The notes beneath the pieces are model-generated. The model saw nothing but the letters and a program-made list of their open reading frames with translations. It was not told the origin of the DNA and ran no database searches. 64,000 nt of DNA from Candidatus Bathyarchaeota archaeon (lineage in GTDB: Archaea > Thermoproteota > Bathyarchaeia > Bathyarchaeales > Bathycorpusculaceae). This document shows positions 60,157 through 64,000 of the stretch, in pieces. Within the stretch, counting starts at the first letter, position 1, and each line of letters starts with the position of its first letter. The position numbers and the translations under genes are program-made. The stretch covers positions 416,001 to 480,000 of the forward strand of contig CAWABA010000006.1 of NCBI GenBank assembly GCA_963780185.1. The letters are read 5' to 3'.

Positions 60157-61161
60157 ATGGAGCCTAAAAAAAGAAAACTCTTAACAGTCATCCTCATAGC
60201 GGTCGCGTTGAACGTTTTTACTTTCGCCTTTGCTTTCCCGCAGGCCTTCCAATTGCCCAAATCAGAAGGCTTCGCAAGGGATTTTTCAGCCTACTACATT
60301 GGAGAATGGCGGCTAGTTCATAACCCGACGCAAATCTACTACGGCGGCATTATAGCGAAGGATTTTCCGATTCTTCCGAGACCGCAAACCTTCAAGTACA
60401 CACCTTCCTTTTTGGTTCTTTTCGCGCCTTTCCTTGCCTTGAGCTACACGAACGCCCTCGCCGTCTTCGACATACTCCAATTCGCCCTAATTGCAGCTTT
60501 GGCTTTCTTCGTCTACAAACTTGTCAAAGACAAGAACTTAGTTCTCGCCTCAGTCGCCTCGGTGATTGTTTTAGTTGATCCGCTTCCTACGCTTTCACTT
60601 CGCTACGCGGCACACAACTTTCTGGACATCCATGTGGACAACTTTGGCTTAGCGGTTTTTTCACCAGGATACTTCTGCGGGTACATGCTGGGAAATGCCC
60701 ATGTCCTCCAAACAATCCTCCTCGTAGGCGCGCTCTATTTCGGGTACACAAAAAAACCGTGGCTCTCCGCGTTGCTTTTCACTTTCGGCTCCTTCGACCC
60801 GCGAGCTGCCATCCTGGCGTTGCCGCTGCTAATCTGGTATAACAGGCATTCGTTAACAAGATTCGTCGCGGGGTCAGCTATTTTTTTGGCAGTTACAAAC
60901 GTGCCGTTTTTCTTTTACTACGGAATAGGCTTCACATTCATCCATGCTGAATTAAACGGCAACATCGCCATCCAGATGTACCCGTACGATTGGATCCCCA
61001 TCTATTCGATCGCCGCATTAACCATAATCGAAACAGCCAGCCAGCTTAGCAGACGAGGAGTCCACATTAATCTTCTGGCAACTCGGAAAAGAAAGAACGT
61101 GGAAACAGTGGAAACCATTAAAAATGGTTCAAGCCCCAAACAAAACCCGCCTTCCCGATAG
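60157..61161 (+). CDS. GT87 (DUF2029)-like GT-C glycosyltransferase
   Basis: RDFSAYY, F.YTP.FL.LF.PF, GNAH; multi-TM. Confidence 0.75.
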   Translation: MEPKKRKLLTVILIAVALNVFTFAFAFPQAFQLPKSEGFARDFSAYYIGEWRLVHNPTQIYYGGIIAKDFPILPRPQTFKYTPSFLVLFAPFLALSYTNALAVFDILQFALIAALAFFVYKLVKDKNLVLASVASVIVLVDPLPTLSLRYAAHNFLDIHVDNFGLAVFSPGYFCGYMLGNAHVLQTILLVGALYFGYTKKPWLSALLFTFGSFDPRAAILALPLLIWYNRHSLTRFVAGSAIFLAVTNVPFFFYYGIGFTFIHAELNGNIAIQMYPYDWIPIYSIAALTIIETASQLSRRGVHINLLATRKRKNVETVETIKNGSSPKQNPPSR

Positions 61162-61203
61162 GGGTACCTACTATTTCTGACGAAAAAACCAACACAAAAA
61201 GCC
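61161..61203 (+). repeat. Dispersed repeat family A, degenerate single-hairpin copy
   Basis: GGGGTACCTACTA-TTTCTG-N13-CACAAA-AAGCC between convergent genes. Confidence 0.6.
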
Positions 61204-61246
61204 AAAACCCAGACGCATCAGAGAAGTTGGGTTAGCTGTGGCTGCG

Positions 61247-62437
61247 TCATTCTTTGCGTATTACTTCGAAGTTGTGCGGGTCGCCTTTCAAAATCCCGAT
61301 AAGGTGAACAAAAGTGTTTAACGTTACTGTCACGTAGCTTAGCAACGCGCCGATTATGCCTTGTTTCCAGCCCATAGCTGTCCCGATGATGTATGCCCTC
61401 ATTCCAAGCCAGATAGCAAGCGAAGCCACGACTAGTGGAAACCATGGACCAGGTATAGAGATTATATGCAAGTAACTCAGCGGCAACCCCAGCATCCCGA
61501 TAAAGTAAAGCCACAAACCTGAGAACCCTAAAACCCCCAACCTCAGCCTATTCGACAACGGAAGCATTTTCTGGTTAATGAGCGTCCATTGCCCCCAGAA
61601 CCATCTTCGCCTCTGCTTCACAGCGTCCTCCATAGACAGAGGAGGCAGAATTAAGACGCGCTCTTCAGAATTGTAAATGTCGAAACCCAACGCGGCTGCT
61701 TTATGGAAGTAAAATGCGTCTTCGCTGCTTATCAGCTTCTCCTTCGGATTCTTCACAAAACTGCTAATGTCATACGAAACGTTCTGGTCAACCTTGCTGC
61801 TCATAACCGTTCCTTCACCGTGAGCCCACAGCGGCTGACCCAAATTGGTGAAGAAGTTGCAGAAGATGCCGCAGGACACGCAGCGTTCATAATCAATAAT
61901 TGTGCTCCAAACCCCAGCCACCTTAGGCGTGATTGTCCCGATCGAAATGTCCGCGTTAACCGTCAGGCTTTCCTTCACGAATCCAAAAGTGGGCATTGCG
62001 TCATCGTCTCCTTGAAGCAGCAAATAATTCATGCTTAACTCGCCGTCGGCAACCATCTTAACACGCAGCCTGCGAGCGTATTCCAGTGCCCGTGCCTTGT
62101 AGAGGTCTTCACATTCAAAATCTTTAGGCACAACAACAACCCTGTCGCATTTGTACTGGTCTTTATGGGTATCCCACTCCTCAATGACCACCCAAGTCTC
62201 CAAGGGAGCAGGAAGGTCGTAACCTTTGACGGTTTCAAAAGTTTTATTCACCGACTTAAAGTTTCCCACAGTGGGAATCTGAAAGATAATCTTCTCAATC
62301 TTCTTCTCAACAGGTCCCTTCTGCCGTATGAGATTGCTTCTGCGCCTTAGCTTGAAATATTTACCGAACAGCAAAACGAAAAGGTAAAAGAGCGGTGAAA
62401 GCCAAATTACGGAAATTACATAAACAAGTAGGTCCAT
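61247..62437 (-). CDS. Processive-type GT2 glycosyltransferase (egghead/BRE-3-like)
   Basis: KARALEY, DDD, HGEG, SED, QRRRW motifs; TM helices at both ends. Confidence 0.85.
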   Translation of the reverse strand: MDLLVYVISVIWLSPLFYLFVLLFGKYFKLRRRSNLIRQKGPVEKKIEKIIFQIPTVGNFKSVNKTFETVKGYDLPAPLETWVVIEEWDTHKDQYKCDRVVVVPKDFECEDLYKARALEYARRLRVKMVADGELSMNYLLLQGDDDAMPTFGFVKESLTVNADISIGTITPKVAGVWSTIIDYERCVSCGIFCNFFTNLGQPLWAHGEGTVMSSKVDQNVSYDISSFVKNPKEKLISSEDAFYFHKAAALGFDIYNSEERVLILPPLSMEDAVKQRRRWFWGQWTLINQKMLPLSNRLRLGVLGFSGLWLYFIGMLGLPLSYLHIISIPGPWFPLVVASLAIWLGMRAYIIGTAMGWKQGIIGALLSYVTVTLNTFVHLIGILKGDPHNFEVIRKE

Positions 62438-62866
62438 GCCGCCGTCAATCCTTACAAAAAGTTTCCGCGGCTACAAACCAAGCTGACGGATAATTCGCAC
62501 TATAATGTTGGCTAGACAAGTCAAGCCAACGCAACCGATCAGCAGAGTACACTACCCGAACAACCTCGATATTGGTTACAACCAGACTATTTATAAGTTC
62601 ATCGGAGAAGCGCCAAAACACGTTTAGCACATTTGGGCAAGCGCTCAAAAGAAACCCCACAGCTCCATCTTCAGCAAAGCCGGCACAAGAAGCCTTATCG
62701 AACGGGGCACAGGGAGAAAACACTCGACATCCAACGCCGCTCCCAAAGTTAAACCGCATCAAACCTACCCCAAACCTCTTGCCGATTACCGTCTATTTGA
62801 AAATCTGTTAAAAAGCTTTCTCAAACTTCCACCCAAATTCCCACCGAAGTTTCAAAGACGATTAGG

Positions 62867-62951
62867 CGCCGAGGATGGGATTCGAACCCATGCGGACTCG
62901 AGAGTCCACGGGCTCTCAAGGCCCGCGCGTTAACCACTCTGCCACCTCGGC
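62867..62951 (-). tRNA. tRNA-Ser (anticodon TGA), long variable arm, no intron
   Basis: GCCGAGG acceptor stem, CGGGC-CTTGAGA-GCCCG anticodon arm, GGACTC..GAGTCC variable arm, GGTTCGAATCC T-loop. Confidence 0.96.
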
Positions 62952-63106
62952 ACTGACAAGTCAACATTCTATTTCGCTCGCTCTTTAAATGTTTACCGAA
63001 CTGTCCCCAAATAATCTCTCACGCTATGGCTCTATTTAGCAAGAGATGACGGGTTAAGAGGTGCTTTGAGCAAAGTAATTAACCATCAAGTCCCACTATC
63101 GTTGGC

Positions 63107-63541
63107 ATGTCAGCACCAACGGTAACGATTGAAATCCCGCAGGATATACTGGACACTATTTACGCTGGCGCCAAACAACTTTACCCCCGCGAAAGTTTTC
63201 TGCTTCTACGAGGCAAAAGCAAAAAGGGCATAATCAAAATAACTGACCTTGTTCTGGCGCCCTTCACTGCCCACGGGCGTGGCACCGTTCATTTTAATCC
63301 TTTCATGTTTTCAGGGGATTTCTCGTTGGTGGGCACGGTGCATTCGCATCCTTCAGGCAACATATCGCCGAGCGACGTTGACATGAACTACTTCTTTGGG
63401 AGAGTACTAATGATTGTCGGGACACCCTTCGAAGGCAGAAACTGCATAGCAGCATACAACTGCAGAGCCGAAAAGCTACCCATCCAGATAACCGCGCCTA
63501 TCGGGAAAGATATTGAAGAGGATTTTGACGACGACTTTTAA
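63107..63541 (+). CDS. JAMM/MPN+ (Mov34) metalloprotease
   Basis: YPRE, GTVHSHPSG...PSDVD (E..HxHx7Sx2D). Confidence 0.92.
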   Translation: MSAPTVTIEIPQDILDTIYAGAKQLYPRESFLLLRGKSKKGIIKITDLVLAPFTAHGRGTVHFNPFMFSGDFSLVGTVHSHPSGNISPSDVDMNYFFGRVLMIVGTPFEGRNCIAAYNCRAEKLPIQITAPIGKDIEEDFDDDF

Positions 63542-63924
63542 GTAGCACTCTGAGCCTTTTTCACAGCCGCTTGGTATTCCTGAATGAAGCCCAATGCGAA
63601 TTTATCGGCGTTTCCCTCGTTACCACGATGCATATTATCGACCCCTTTGCTGCGCAGGTGATGATAAAATTCGTGGATTATTACAAACGGGTTCGCCAGC
63701 ACGTCGCTGTTCATCACAGTGATTGTTTGGTTTTTCGCGGTGTAGCAGCCGTAAGCAGTAACCTTGTGTCCTTTGGGCAAGCCAACTTTCAGTTTGGGAA
63801 CGTTGACGTTGTAGGTTTTCGCCAGCAACGTAAGCGCCTCTTCCGTTTTACCGTTGAGAACAAGCCAAACTGCAACTGGTTTAAAATTATCCTGCGCCAT
63901 CATGCCGTCAGCAATACAGAGCAC
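63538..63924 (-). CDS. Small zincin-like metallopeptidase-domain protein
   Basis: GCY....TI, IIHEFYHHL, NE..AD.FA. Confidence 0.75.
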   Translation of the reverse strand: MLCIADGMMAQDNFKPVAVWLVLNGKTEEALTLLAKTYNVNVPKLKVGLPKGHKVTAYGCYTAKNQTITVMNSDVLANPFVIIHEFYHHLRSKGVDNMHRGNEGNADKFALGFIQEYQAAVKKAQSAT

Positions 63925-64000
63925 TTCAACCTAATTAAGACGCCCAAAAACCGTCGGTCGGGGGTTACTCGCCGTAGGTGCCTCTTCGGATTTTCTCAGC

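Noticed and set aside
62440-62951. Integrated element at tRNA-Ser
   Set aside because: I saw no duplicate of the tRNA 3' end elsewhere in the window and no integrase; scanning by eye could miss a short att site

Overview
Archaeal chromosome segment, most likely Bathyarchaeia. This is inferred from TBP, pelota, an archaeal RNase P RNA, an Fpo/Nuo-ordered group 4 [NiFe]-hydrogenase operon and paralogous 'AGMVGHDIRNPLQ' histidine kinases. Core loci: rnpB, an AK6-type kinase, the tRNA thiolase NcsA/TtuA, tbp, pelota, a K+-independent H+-PPase, proBA, a 10-gene nuoA-B-CD-H-I-J-K-L-M-N-like hydrogenase operon, glucan phosphorylase, HtrA, a MacB/FtsX-type ABC transporter, glycosyltransferases, tRNA-Ser(UGA) and a JAMM protease. 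Several genes are broken by single-base indels, most simply explained as assembly errors. Most notable: (1) an AT-rich two-gene island encoding a divergent PIN-like protein and an MBL-fold hydrolase, a candidate undescribed defence module; (2) a dispersed intergenic hairpin repeat family (6 units at 4 loci) with compensatory stem changes and swapped modules; (3) two paralogous unannotated ~55-aa CGC..C..H..YRPKAEC microproteins; (4) an orphan TIR-domain gene in a block bounded by degenerate direct repeats. All family assignments come from reading motifs by eye; no database searches were run.
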